Shown here: positions 27,804-37,731 of the stretch, in pieces
Layout: each line of letters begins with the position of its first letter
Numbering within the stretch: position 1 is the stretch's first letter
Assembly: GCA_963805625.1 (NCBI GenBank)
Contig: CAWDVE010000018.1
Coordinates: forward strand, 80,548-144,547
Reading direction: 5' to 3'
DNA from: an uncultured Candidatus Rokubacteria bacterium
Lineage (GTDB): Bacteria > Methylomirabilota > Methylomirabilia > Rokubacteriales > DASRDR01
DNA: 64,000 nt
Program-made: the position numbers and the translations under genes
The notes under the pieces: generated by a model
Database searches by the model: none
Told to the model about the DNA's origin: nothing
The model's input: only the letters and a program-made list of their open reading frames with translations

Positions 27804-28676
27804 TCAGCTCTCGATCATCTGCATCGCCTTCTGGAGGCTCCGCCGCATGCGGTTGAACGCCCGGCCGAGGAGCGCGATCTCGTCACGGCCCTGCTCCGGG
27901 AACTCGGGGATCTCGAAGTTCCCGGTGCTCACCTGGTCCGCCGCACGCGACAGCTGAGCCACGGGCCGCACGATCATCCAGTTCAGCATCACGTTGAGCG
28001 CGACGAAGACGAGCGCGAAGACGGCGACCAGCGAGCCCATGAACGTGTAGAAGGCCCGCTGCGCGTTCTTGAGCGGCAAAGCCATCGGCACCGACACGAC
28101 CTGGGCGCCCACGATCTCGTTGAGCTTCCAGCCGAAACCGTTCGCGCCACCGTAGAGCTTGATCATGGTGGGAGGCGCAGCCTCGGGTGTGCTGTGGCAC
28201 CCGAGACAGGCCGGGTTGCCGATCTGGATCGGGCGGGCGATGTAGAGCGCGCGGCCGGTGGGCGTGTCGCGCTCCCCGCCGAGCTCCTTCACCGCGGGAT
28301 GGTTCCGGAACTCCTGGACGATGTCCGCCTCCCAGTCGGCGGCTCGATTGCGGGGGTTGGTCGGGTTGAGCGTCGCCTCCTTGTAGAAGTAGTCCGGGTA
28401 CTTCTTGCGAAGCTCGGTCATGGTCTCGGCCGCCGCGAAGGCCGGCACCGTCTGGGGCAGGAACGCGCGCATCAGCTGGAGCTCAAGGTGCGGCCGCACC
28501 TGGGTGATCGTGTAGCCGCGAACCGCCAGCGCGGTCTCCATCATGAGGCTGGCGTTCCGGGCCACCTCCTCCCGCGCGTTCCGGATCAGGATCTCGCGCG
28601 AAATCACGCCGGCGACTCCGAGACCGACCAGGAACACGAGAAGCAGGACCAGGTTGAACTTGAGCCGCAACCCCAT
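27804..28676 (-). CDS. DUF3365 (Tll0287-like haem c) sensor + HAMP membrane protein, no output domain
   Basis: 2 TM segments, YKEATLNPTNPRN.AD.WE, CLGCH, GFGWK..E.VGA, HAMP DEIALLGRAFNRM at the C-terminus. Confidence 0.85.
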   Translation of the reverse strand: MGLRLKFNLVLLLVFLVGLGVAGVISREILIRNAREEVARNASLMMETALAVRGYTITQVRPHLELQLMRAFLPQTVPAFAAAETMTELRKKYPDYFYKEATLNPTNPRNRAADWEADIVQEFRNHPAVKELGGERDTPTGRALYIARPIQIGNPACLGCHSTPEAAPPTMIKLYGGANGFGWKLNEIVGAQVVSVPMALPLKNAQRAFYTFMGSLVAVFALVFVALNVMLNWMIVRPVAQLSRAADQVSTGNFEIPEFPEQGRDEIALLGRAFNRMRRSLQKAMQMIES

Positions 28677-28704
28677 GTCACCCTCCCCGGCGCCCCGGCC
28701 GTCC

Positions 28705-29217
28705 TCAGCGGCAGCCGGCCAGCTCGCCGTAGGCCTTGTTGAATCCGCTCAGGCTGAAGGTCGCCGAATGCGTCCCCGTCGCGGGCCACTCTGGCCAGAA
28801 CCGGAGCTGCACGTGAAGGCGGTTCCCCGCCTTGAAGAGATCGACCAGTCGCCCATGCTTCGTGGCAAAAAGTGCAGTCTTCGTGCCAACTAGCCGGTCC
28901 ATCGGCACCAGAGGCTCCTGATCAACGACGAGACCGATGTCCGAGAGGCTCGCATCGAGGTTCGACCCTGAAGTCACCGCCACCGACCCGCTGTCGACGG
29001 TGACGTATGCCGTTGTGTCCTGGTAGCCGTCCGAGAGCGACTGCCGAGTTGACTCGAGCACGCAATGCGTCCCGGGCCCGTCCGTCCGCGGCACGGTCTT
29101 CACGGACCACTCGTCCGCGGCGGCCGGCCCACCCTGCAGCATCAAGGCAAGGACCACCCCGCAGGTGACACGACACCTGGCGACCTGAGGACTCCTGCGC
29201 ACTGACATCCGACCCAA
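28705..29217 (-). CDS. Secreted hypothetical protein
   Basis: Signal-like N-terminus, 2 Cys in the mature part, globular composition; start uncertain. Confidence 0.6.
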   Translation of the reverse strand: MGRMSVRRSPQVARCRVTCGVVLALMLQGGPAAADEWSVKTVPRTDGPGTHCVLESTRQSLSDGYQDTTAYVTVDSGSVAVTSGSNLDASLSDIGLVVDQEPLVPMDRLVGTKTALFATKHGRLVDLFKAGNRLHVQLRFWPEWPATGTHSATFSLSGFNKAYGELAGCR

Positions 29218-29308
29218 CCCGTCGGGCTAGTGTAGGAGACCCCCGCCCCGGAGGGAACGGGTATTTCGCGGGCCCGGGCGCCGGCCCCGGCGCCCGTACA
29301 ATGACCCC

Positions 29309-30082
29309 GTGCACGAGGTCCCACGCGGCGTGAGCTGTCTGGCGTGCGGGGGGCGGTTCCCGGCATTCGCCCGCTACGGGCAGAAGCCGCGGCCCGGCCT
29401 CTGTCCAGGCTGTGGGTCGAAGCCCCGCCACCGCGCCCTTCTGCTCTTCCTGCGGCGCTTTGTCCGGCCGCGGCTTCGCCATGGGAGCGAGGTGCTCGAG
29501 ATCGGGCCCTCTCGCCCCGCCACTCGCTTCGTGCCGGGCCGGCGGACCATCGGCCCCGCTCGCTACACCGCCGTCGACCTGGACCGCCGGCCGCATCACG
29601 CGCGCCTCCGGCTGCCCCACCGCTTCCGACGCATGGACGCCACTCGGCTGCGCTTCGGTCGGGGAACGTTCGACGTGATCCTCTGCAACAACGTGCTCCC
29701 GTTCGCCCCGGACGACACCGCGATCCTCGCCGAGGTCCGCCGGTGTCTCAAGCCCGGGGGCGTGGCCATGGTGGACGTCGACGTGCAGGTCACGCGGACG
29801 ACCGCCGCGGCCAGCCTGCGGCGGCGCGATCCCGACCGCTTCACGGCCGCGTACGTCGCGACCAACGGCTCTCACCGCTTCTACGGGCGCGACTACCCCG
29901 CGCGCCTCCGGCAAGCGCGGCTCGCGCCGCTCCGCTTCGATCCGCTCCGGGGCCTGGGTCCGTCATTCCGGCGCGCGCACGGCCTCAAGGCCGACGGGCG
30001 CGTGTACCTCGCATTTTCGAGCCCGGCCGCCGCCCAGGCGTTCGCCCGGGAGGCTCGCGCGCGGGTCAGCGGATCTTCTTGA
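29309..30082 (+). CDS. Class I SAM-dependent methyltransferase with N-terminal Cys4 ribbon
   Basis: CLAC..CPGC, VLEIGP, FDVILCNNVL, LKPGG; TACAAT 6 nt before GTG (leaderless-like). Confidence 0.8.
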   Translation: MHEVPRGVSCLACGGRFPAFARYGQKPRPGLCPGCGSKPRHRALLLFLRRFVRPRLRHGSEVLEIGPSRPATRFVPGRRTIGPARYTAVDLDRRPHHARLRLPHRFRRMDATRLRFGRGTFDVILCNNVLPFAPDDTAILAEVRRCLKPGGVAMVDVDVQVTRTTAAASLRRRDPDRFTAAYVATNGSHRFYGRDYPARLRQARLAPLRFDPLRGLGPSFRRAHGLKADGRVYLAFSSPAAAQAFAREARARVSGSS

Positions 30083-30617
30083 GCTTTCCCACGACCGTTC
30101 GCAGCACCTCGCCATCCCGGACTCTCGAGTAGCGGAGGTCCATTCCCGCCGCCACGATGGTGCGCTCATACGTCTGCATCTCGTACCCCCCGGCCTCCGT
30201 CACGAACAGGGCGTACATCCAGAGCTTGGGTCCGTCGAACCGCGCCCAAATGTAGGGATCGCCGTTGAGGGGATCCAAGGGGACCGCGTTGCCGAAGACG
30301 TCGGTCCGCATGGCCGAGCTGTAGATGTCCGGGCGCTTCGACGGGACGAACGAGATGGTGCGTTCCTCCTTGCGCGGCGGGTCGGTCCCGCGCTTGATCA
30401 CCGCGGTCCACTTGACCTTGAAGCCCTTGCCCTGCGGGGTGATCTCGACGCCGATGTCACGCTTGTCGAGCTCCTCGCCGCTTTCGGAGACGGCCTCCCC
30501 GACATACGACCCGTAGAACCGCTGGATCCCTCCGCTCTGGGCCTCCGCGGCGCCCGCGGCGAGCAGGATACTCCACCCGACAGCGAGCAGCATCCCGGAA
30601 TACTGCCGTCGACGCAT
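30066..30617 (-). CDS. Secreted conserved hypothetical protein
   Basis: Signal peptide ending AEA, beta-rich mature domain, GGAGGAG SD. Confidence 0.75.
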   Translation of the reverse strand: MRRRQYSGMLLAVGWSILLAAGAAEAQSGGIQRFYGSYVGEAVSESGEELDKRDIGVEITPQGKGFKVKWTAVIKRGTDPPRKEERTISFVPSKRPDIYSSAMRTDVFGNAVPLDPLNGDPYIWARFDGPKLWMYALFVTEAGGYEMQTYERTIVAAGMDLRYSRVRDGEVLRTVVGKLKKIR

Positions 30618-30713
30618 ACGCTCCTCCAAACTCAGGGCCGAGCCGCACGCACAACCGCCGGCCGCGTCGGCACCGCGCACCGGTGCCCGTACACTACCAT
30701 GCCCCCCCGCCAG

Positions 30714-30757
30714 CCTGGCGCGGTCACCTGGCGCATCACCTGGCGCGTCACCTTGCG
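30714..30757. repeat. Tandem ~12-bp direct repeat (CCTGGCGC.TCA) x3.5 in a divergent promoter region
   Basis: cctggcgcggtca cctggcgcatca cctggcgcgtca ccttgcg. Confidence 0.6.
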
Positions 30758-30844
30758 TCGCTCCAGGCCCCCGCGTTACGCTGCCCTCGGGGAGACGCGC
30801 GGACCGGCCGTTGAATCGCCGCCCGTCCCGCCCGGAGGATCGCC

Positions 30845-32755
30845 ATGCGGATCGGTCGCGGCTGGCTCGCGATCGGGCTCATGCTCACGCTCGGCGTCGC
30901 GGTGGGACCCGTCGCCATCGGCGGCCCCGGCGGGGAGGCGCCCGCCCTGGCCAAGCTCGTGGCCGCCGGTCAGCTCCCACCGCTCGCCCAGCGCCTCCCG
31001 GAGCGCCCGCGTGTCCTGGCCACGGACCCCGGGGCGGTCTACGGGGGCGATCTCCGGATGCTCATCGGCACCCTGAAGGACATGAAGCTGGCCTTCGTGT
31101 ACGGCTACGCTCGGTTGGTGGGCTTCGACCGTGACTATCGGCTCGTGCCTGACATCGCCGAGCGGGTCGAGGTCGCGGAGGGAGGCCGAAGCTTCACCTT
31201 CTACCTCCGCAAGGGGCATCGCTGGTCGGACGGGGCGCCGTTCACCAGCGCGGACTTCGCCTACTGGTGGAACAACGTCGCCAACGACGACGAGCTCTCG
31301 CCGGGCGGGCCGCCGGCCACCCTCCGGGTCGACGGCGAGATGCCCCGGGTCACCTTCCCCGACCCGTGGACAGTCCGGTACCGCTGGACCCAGCCCAACA
31401 ACCTCTTCCTTCCCGACCAGGCCGGGGCGTATCCGACCATCCTCTTCAGGCCGGCGCACTATCTGAAGCAGTTCCATCGCGCCTTCAACAATCCCGACGC
31501 GCTCCGGAAGCTGGCGCGCGCCGAGGGCCGCCGGAACTGGGCGGCGCTGCACAACAAGAAGGACTCGATGTACGTGATGGACAATCCCGATCTCCCCACG
31601 CTCCAGCCCTGGCACCCCACGGTGGGGCCGCCGGCCCAGGTCTTCGTCGCGGAACGGAACCCCTACTTCCACCGCGTGGACGAGCGCGGCCGGCAGCTCC
31701 CCTACATCGACCGCCTCGTCATGATCCTCGTGGAGCGGGCGGTGATCTCGGTGAAGACGTCCACGGGCGAGGCGGATCTCCAGGCGCGATACCTGTCGTT
31801 CGACCAGGTCCCGTTCCTCCGCAAGAACGAGCGCCTCGCCGGCTACCGTGTCCACCTGTGGAACACCGGCGTGCCCTCCACAGTGGCCATCTACCCGAAC
31901 CTCACGACGAGCGAGCCGGTCATGCGGAAGCTCTTCCTCGACCGGCGATTCCGCCAGGCGCTTTCCCTCGGCATCAACCGGGAGGAGATCAACCAGATCC
32001 TCTACTATGGCCTCGGTCTGCCGGGCCAGAACACGGTCCTCAAAAGCCCGGCGGGCCACGAAGAGCCCCGGATGGCCTACGCTCGGTTCGACCTGGTGCA
32101 GGCGAACCGGCTCCTCGACGAGATGGGCCTCACGGCGCGCGACGGGCGCGGATTCCGCCTGCGGCCGGACGGCCAGCGCCTCGACCTCATCGTGGAGACG
32201 TCCGGGGACGAGGCCGAGCACACCGACGTGCTGGAGCTCGTGAAGGACACGTGGGCCGATCTAGGCATCGAGCTTCTGATCCGTCCGAGCCAGCTCGAGG
32301 TGTTTCGGCGCCGGGTCTTCTCGGGTGAGGCGATGATGAGCGCTTACTACGGGAACTTCGGATTCGGGCTCCCCACGCCGGACATGAGCCCGGACTGGCT
32401 CGCGCCGGTCAGCCAGCAGCAGCTCCAGTGGCCCAAGTGGGGCGCGTACTACGAGAGCAAGGGTCATGAGGGTGAGGCGCCGACGCTCCCGGCGGCCCGG
32501 CGCCTCGTCGAGCTCTACCAGCGGTGGCTCGTGTCGGGCAACGCCGACGAGCGGGCCCGCGTCTGGGCGGAGCTGCTCGACATCAACGCCGAGGAGGTAT
32601 TCACAATCGGCATCGTCGGTGGAACGCTCCAGCCGATCGTGGTGAAGAACGGTCTCCGTGGCGTGCCGGTCAAGGGCGTCTACGCTTGGGAGCCCGGCTC
32701 ACATTTCGGGATCTACACCCCCGACACCTTCTACTGGGAGAACGGCCACCGGTAA
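30845..32755 (+). CDS. ABC substrate-binding protein family 5 (Dpp/Opp fold, AgpA-like sugar-binding subgroup)
   Basis: LPPLAQRLP..P, YGG.L, LRKGHRWSDGAPFTSADF, RNPYF..VD..G.QLPYID. Confidence 0.88.
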   Translation: MRIGRGWLAIGLMLTLGVAVGPVAIGGPGGEAPALAKLVAAGQLPPLAQRLPERPRVLATDPGAVYGGDLRMLIGTLKDMKLAFVYGYARLVGFDRDYRLVPDIAERVEVAEGGRSFTFYLRKGHRWSDGAPFTSADFAYWWNNVANDDELSPGGPPATLRVDGEMPRVTFPDPWTVRYRWTQPNNLFLPDQAGAYPTILFRPAHYLKQFHRAFNNPDALRKLARAEGRRNWAALHNKKDSMYVMDNPDLPTLQPWHPTVGPPAQVFVAERNPYFHRVDERGRQLPYIDRLVMILVERAVISVKTSTGEADLQARYLSFDQVPFLRKNERLAGYRVHLWNTGVPSTVAIYPNLTTSEPVMRKLFLDRRFRQALSLGINREEINQILYYGLGLPGQNTVLKSPAGHEEPRMAYARFDLVQANRLLDEMGLTARDGRGFRLRPDGQRLDLIVETSGDEAEHTDVLELVKDTWADLGIELLIRPSQLEVFRRRVFSGEAMMSAYYGNFGFGLPTPDMSPDWLAPVSQQQLQWPKWGAYYESKGHEGEAPTLPAARRLVELYQRWLVSGNADERARVWAELLDINAEEVFTIGIVGGTLQPIVVKNGLRGVPVKGVYAWEPGSHFGIYTPDTFYWENGHR

Positions 32756-32806
32756 GCCGGGCGGCCACGGGGCTCGTGGCCGCCCGGCTCGGCGGGCGGG
32801 CGCGGG

Positions 32807-33403
32807 CTACTTGAGGCGGGTGAACGCGGCGGCCGGGACCGGGACGGGCTTGGCCTTGGCGTCGCCGCCCGGCGGCACCCAGCGGAGCACGAGGGTGGCC
32901 GTGCGCTTCTTCTCGTAGTACAGCACCTGGATCGGATACCAGCCCGGCTCGTCGATCTTCACGTCGATCCGATCCGAGGTGTCGTCCGCGTGGACCGAGG
33001 GATCCTCGTAGAGCAGCTTGCCGCCGATCTCCACCCGCACGCCGTCATTGGACGTGACGTCAAAGCCATACGTGCCGGGCTTCTCGAAGCGGATGAATCC
33101 GGTGATGAGGGCGCCGACCCCGTCGCGCTCCTTGGTCGTGAGGATGGCCCCCTCGCCCATTCGGTAATCGAGATGCTGAAGCGGTGCGCCGGGCTCGAAC
33201 TTCTTGGTCTTGAACTCGTTGATGTGATTGAAGATGCCGAAGACGTAGCTCACCGCCAGGCCGGGCGCGAGCTTGTCGGGCGACGGTTGGGGCTCCGCCG
33301 CCTTGAGTCCGGTCAGCATCTGGGCGCTCGCCGTCGTAAGAGCGACGATCATCGCGCCCGCCACCATCGCCCCGGTGATGCCCCGAATGGGTCGTCCGGT
33401 CAT
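32807..33403 (-). CDS. Secreted PA14-domain protein
   Basis: Signal peptide; G.Y.F...SNDGVR..IGG, GWYPI.V.YYEK. Confidence 0.8.
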   Translation of the reverse strand: MTGRPIRGITGAMVAGAMIVALTTASAQMLTGLKAAEPQPSPDKLAPGLAVSYVFGIFNHINEFKTKKFEPGAPLQHLDYRMGEGAILTTKERDGVGALITGFIRFEKPGTYGFDVTSNDGVRVEIGGKLLYEDPSVHADDTSDRIDVKIDEPGWYPIQVLYYEKKRTATLVLRWVPPGGDAKAKPVPVPAAAFTRLK

Positions 33404-33524
33404 CGTGTCACTCCTGTCTTGAGTGCGTTCGAGTCGAACACGCCGGCCCCTGACACCCTGGGCCTCGATCCTAGGACATCGCCTCCGGCGACACAAGCGC
33501 CCTGACTCCTGCGCCGGACACCTC

Positions 33525-33980
33525 TCACGAGTGGCTCTGGTGTTGCTGCAGGAGCGCGCTCGACCGCTCGAGGCGCTGCGCGAGCACGCTCATGACCTGC
33601 ATGCTGATCTCCGGGCTCTGCCGGACCAGGTCCAGGAACACGTCGGCGGAGATCTTGAAGGTGACCACGCGATCCCGGGCACGGACGGTGGCCGTGCGCC
33701 GCCCCTTGGAGATCACGGCCGTCTCCCCGAACAGGCTGTTTTGGCCCATGGTCGTCAGGATGATCTCGTGCCCGTCGGCATCCTGGAGGAGGACCTCCGC
33801 CTCGCCCTCGGTCACGATGTAGACCGCGTCGGCTCGATCACCCTGTCGGACGATCACCTCGCCGGGAGCGAACTCCACCACCTCCGCGGTGTAGGCGATC
33901 AGCTTCAGCCGGGCCGTCGGCAGCCCGGTAAAGAGGGGAATCTTTCGGAGGGTCTCGACGTCGCGTTCGAGCGGCTGCAT
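33525..33980 (-). CDS. Stand-alone cyclic nucleotide-binding domain protein
   Basis: IVRQGD.AD..Y....G, FGE.A......RTATVRA phosphate-binding cassette. Confidence 0.9.
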   Translation of the reverse strand: MQPLERDVETLRKIPLFTGLPTARLKLIAYTAEVVEFAPGEVIVRQGDRADAVYIVTEGEAEVLLQDADGHEIILTTMGQNSLFGETAVISKGRRTATVRARDRVVTFKISADVFLDLVRQSPEISMQVMSVLAQRLERSSALLQQHQSHS

Positions 33981-33981
33981 G

Positions 33982-36573
33982 TCAGTCCTCTCCCGTGACC
34001 CGCACACCGGCCTGGGTCGCGAGCCGGTGCAGCACGCCCTGCTCCCGGGCAATCAACTCCCGGTACGTGCCCGTCTCCACGACCGCCCCGGCGTCCAGGA
34101 TCACCACGAGGTCGTAGAGGCGCGCGAGGTCCGGGCGCTCCACGGCTGCGATCACGGTCCGGTCCTTCATGAACTCGAGCACCCGCCGGTGCAGGTCCAT
34201 GCGCTCCCCCGGCTCGAGCGCGGTCATCGCACCGTCGAGGATGAGGATGTCCGGCCGTTTGAGCAGCACGCGGGCCAGCGCCATCCGCTGGCGCTGGGGT
34301 AGCGACAGGCGGCCACCGAACAGCCCCACGTGGTGATCGAGCCCCACCTCCAGCACGAGCGCTCGCAGACCCTCCGTTTCCAGGATCTCCTCGACGATGG
34401 CGTTGACCTTCTTCACGGCCAGGCTGCTCGTGGCGACCACCTTGCCGAAGAGCAGGTTGTCGAGAAGGGTCCCGTCCGTGAAGTATCGTTCCCGGTCGTA
34501 CGGCACGAACGACACCGCCAGATCCGGGGGCAGCGTCTCGGCAAACTGGTGCCGCGCCGCGAGCACCTTGGCAATGAACGGCTCGTCGATCCGGCCCAGC
34601 CGGTGCCGGGCGGGGATTAGCCGCAGCGCGAGGCGGACCAGCCGGTCCCGGTCCGCCACGGCCAGCCCAGTGGCGCCCCCCCGGCCGAGCCGCGCGACCA
34701 CCTGCGCGTACTCGGGCAGCTCGCTGGCCGTGAGCAGGCTGAAGCGCGCGAAGAGCTCGTTGTCCGCCGCGATGTCCTTGAAGATCTCGACCATGTCCCG
34801 CGCCACATCGGCGCCGAGCTCCACCAGCGGCCCCTCCAGCTCCGCCGCGGCGAGCACCGCGCGGAAGTGCGGATGCTGGGAGAGCTGCTCGAGCGCCAGC
34901 GCGGCATGCGCGCTGTGGCCGAAGAGGATGTTCTCCCCGATCGACGCGTAGGAGGAGAAGTGGTCCCGGTCGAAGAACTCGACGGCCGTCTCCTGCTGCT
35001 CGCGGGCGAAGCGCTCGGCCACCAGGAGCCGCGTGGCCAAGATCCGCGCGGCCACATCCGGGTGCCGCGCCGGATCGACCCGGGAGCGCAGGCCGAACGC
35101 GAAGAGGTCGTCCTCGAGGCCCACCAAGCGCACGGCCTCCAGGGCGACCGCGATGAGCCCCGTCCGGTCCGACACCTCGAGCGGGGACAGGTCAAGCCAG
35201 TCCTCGTTGCCCAGGCCCAGCTCGGCCTTGGTCTCGGGCGCCTCGGCCCGTCGGTGCCGGAGCCCGTAGAACAGGTTGTCCAGGACCGAGCCTGTGAAGA
35301 GCCGGGCGTCGGAGGGGACGAAGCCGATCGCGCGCCCGGCCACCCCGGAAGGGAACTGGGCCAGGTCCGTCCCGTCCAGCAGGATCGTCCCCGTGAAGCC
35401 CGTCAGCTTCGCCAGGACGAGGGCCAGCGTGCTCTTGCCGCTACCAGATGTACCGGCCAGGGCCACGTGCTGGCGGGGCGACAGGCTGAGCTGCAGGTGG
35501 TCCAGCGCGTGCGTCCGCCCATCCAGCACGACACTGGCCTGGCGGAGATCGTAGGCCCCGGCCAAAGGCGGTGGGCGCTCGGGCGCGGCGTCGTCCCGGG
35601 CGAACTCCGTCCGGAGTCCCGGCGGATCGAAGTTCGCGATGACCTGTTCGTACTTGACCCGCGCGTTCTCCTTCAGCTGGAAGAAGTTGATCAGCTCCCG
35701 CCACGGCTCGTTGAGCTGGCTGTACGCCTGGAGAAAGGCGACCAGGATTCCGAGGTTGAACGTCTCGGGGTGATTGATGATGAGCCACCCGCCCACAAGC
35801 AGCAGGAGGAACTGGCCGAATTTCTCCAGGAAGTTGTTGATCCACTTGATCAGGTACTTGAGGTTGTAGATGTTCAGCCGGATCTTGAAGATCCGCTGGA
35901 GCATATGCCGGAACCGGCCCGATTCATAGGCCGCCGTGTCGTTGGCGTAGATCTCCTGCAGGCCGCCCACGGACTCCTGGATCCGGTCGGACAGTCCGCG
36001 CACCAAGCGCACGCGATCCCGGGACATCGCCGTCACCTTACGCTGGAGCCGCCGGATGAAGACGATCTGGATCGGAAAGAGCACCATGCTCACGAGCGCC
36101 ATCCACGGGTTGGCGTACACCATGTACCCGAGCGTGCCGAGCAGCATGGCGCCGTGGAATGCGGGCGTGGAGAGCGCCAGGCCAAAGTATCCGCCGAGAT
36201 CCTCCACCTCGCCCAGGATCATCGCCACGAGCTGTCCGGTCGAGGTGCTCTTCAGGTGGAGCAGCGGGAACCGCAGGATCCGATTGTAGAGCTCGCCCCG
36301 GAGATCCCGGAGCATGGTCTCGGAGATGTATCCCTCGAGGTTCTGCTTCACGTACTTGAGGGCCCCGTTCAGGATCACGGCTCCCAGGAAGCCGCCGCAG
36401 AGCCAGAGGAGGGCGTCGAAGTTCCGCTGCCCGATGGCCTGGTTGATGATGCGCTTCTGGAGGTCGAGCATGAACGGGTTCAGCCCGAGCCCGAGAACGA
36501 AGCTGATGGCGATCAGGATGAGCTGCGGCCGGAGGCTTCGCTTGATGATGTAGCGGTGGAGATTTCGTTCCAC
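33982..36573 (-). CDS. ABC exporter (TMD+NBD) with large NBD insertion and degenerate motifs
   Basis: ABC membrane domain; Walker A GTSGSGKS; signature LSLPQRQR; Walker B ILILDG. Confidence 0.85.
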   Translation of the reverse strand: MERNLHRYIIKRSLRPQLILIAISFVLGLGLNPFMLDLQKRIINQAIGQRNFDALLWLCGGFLGAVILNGALKYVKQNLEGYISETMLRDLRGELYNRILRFPLLHLKSTSTGQLVAMILGEVEDLGGYFGLALSTPAFHGAMLLGTLGYMVYANPWMALVSMVLFPIQIVFIRRLQRKVTAMSRDRVRLVRGLSDRIQESVGGLQEIYANDTAAYESGRFRHMLQRIFKIRLNIYNLKYLIKWINNFLEKFGQFLLLLVGGWLIINHPETFNLGILVAFLQAYSQLNEPWRELINFFQLKENARVKYEQVIANFDPPGLRTEFARDDAAPERPPPLAGAYDLRQASVVLDGRTHALDHLQLSLSPRQHVALAGTSGSGKSTLALVLAKLTGFTGTILLDGTDLAQFPSGVAGRAIGFVPSDARLFTGSVLDNLFYGLRHRRAEAPETKAELGLGNEDWLDLSPLEVSDRTGLIAVALEAVRLVGLEDDLFAFGLRSRVDPARHPDVAARILATRLLVAERFAREQQETAVEFFDRDHFSSYASIGENILFGHSAHAALALEQLSQHPHFRAVLAAAELEGPLVELGADVARDMVEIFKDIAADNELFARFSLLTASELPEYAQVVARLGRGGATGLAVADRDRLVRLALRLIPARHRLGRIDEPFIAKVLAARHQFAETLPPDLAVSFVPYDRERYFTDGTLLDNLLFGKVVATSSLAVKKVNAIVEEILETEGLRALVLEVGLDHHVGLFGGRLSLPQRQRMALARVLLKRPDILILDGAMTALEPGERMDLHRRVLEFMKDRTVIAAVERPDLARLYDLVVILDAGAVVETGTYRELIAREQGVLHRLATQAGVRVTGED

Positions 36574-36588
36574 GGGCGTGGTCCGTGC

Positions 36589-37731
36589 CTAGGCGTACGG
36601 GTCGGCGGCGTCCCGGAGTCCGTCGCCCAGGAAGTTGAAGGCCAGGACCGTCAGCACGACCATGACCACGGGCGTGAGCAGCCACGGATAGAGCGCGACC
36701 GCGTTCATGTTCTGCGCCTCGGAGAGGAGCACTCCCCAGCTCGTGATGGGGGGGCGGAGCCCGAGCCCCAGGAAGGACAGGGCCGTCTCGCCGAGGATCA
36801 TGTTCGGGATGGACAAGGTTGCCGAGACGATCAGGTGGCTCGTGAAGGCGGGCAGGAGGTGCCGCCGGATGATGTACGGGGGGGAGCCACCCATGAGGAC
36901 CGCGGCGGTGGCGAAGTCCTCCTCGCGTACCGCGAGGAGCTTTCCGCGCACGCTGCGGGCGAGCCCGGTCCACTCGAGGACCCCCAGGATCAGGGTGATG
37001 CCGACGTAGACGAGGATCGGATCCCAGCGGGGTGGCAGGGCAGCGGACAGCGCCATCCACAGCGGCAATTCGGGAAACGCGCGGATCACCTCGATGAGGC
37101 GCTGGATCACGATGTCGATGGTCCCGCCGTAGTAGCCCGACAGCCCACCGAACACCAGCGCCAGCACGAAGCTCACCGAGATCCCCAGCAGTCCGACGGT
37201 GAGCGAGATACGCGCCCCGTGGATGATCCTCGAGAGCATGTCCCGCCCCAGGCGGTCCGTCCCGAGCAGGAACACCGTCCCGCCCTCCTCGACGCCAAAC
37301 AGATGCCGATCCGCCCGCCACCACCCCCACATCCGGTACGGCTCCCCGGGCGCGAGAAAATGGAGGCGGTACAGACGCGAGCGGTCCTCGCGATACTCGC
37401 GCTTGAGGTTCTCCATGTTGACCGTGAGGAGCTGCCCGTAGACGAACGGCCCCAGGAACCGGCCCTCGTGGAAGAGGTGCACCCGCTGGGGCGGGAAGAA
37501 CACGTGGTTCGGATGGCGGCTGCGCAGCTCGTACGGCGCCAGGAATTCGACGAACGGGATCGTCGCGTAGAGCGCCACCAGGAACCACAGCGAGAGCATC
37601 GCGAAGCGATGCCGCCGGAGGCGCCACCAGATGAGCTGCCACTGGGAGGCGAAATAGTAGCGCTCCTGCTCGGAGAGGCGCGGGCGCTCCGCGGCGACCG
37701 GCAGCGCCTCCGTGGCGGGAATGGTGCTCAT
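36589..37731 (-). CDS. Dpp/Opp-type permease (DppC-like)
   Basis: LLGTDRLGRD.LSR...GARISL, RHLLP, ETALSFLGLG. Confidence 0.92.
   Translation of the reverse strand: MSTIPATEALPVAAERPRLSEQERYYFASQWQLIWWRLRRHRFAMLSLWFLVALYATIPFVEFLAPYELRSRHPNHVFFPPQRVHLFHEGRFLGPFVYGQLLTVNMENLKREYREDRSRLYRLHFLAPGEPYRMWGWWRADRHLFGVEEGGTVFLLGTDRLGRDMLSRIIHGARISLTVGLLGISVSFVLALVFGGLSGYYGGTIDIVIQRLIEVIRAFPELPLWMALSAALPPRWDPILVYVGITLILGVLEWTGLARSVRGKLLAVREEDFATAAVLMGGSPPYIIRRHLLPAFTSHLIVSATLSIPNMILGETALSFLGLGLRPPITSWGVLLSEAQNMNAVALYPWLLTPVVMVVLTVLAFNFLGDGLRDAADPYA

Noticed and set aside
26689-33980. Cyclase + cNMP-domain protein as a Pycsar anti-phage system
   Set aside because: The genes are not adjacent, the cNMP protein has no TIR or TM effector, and the context is sensory and transport
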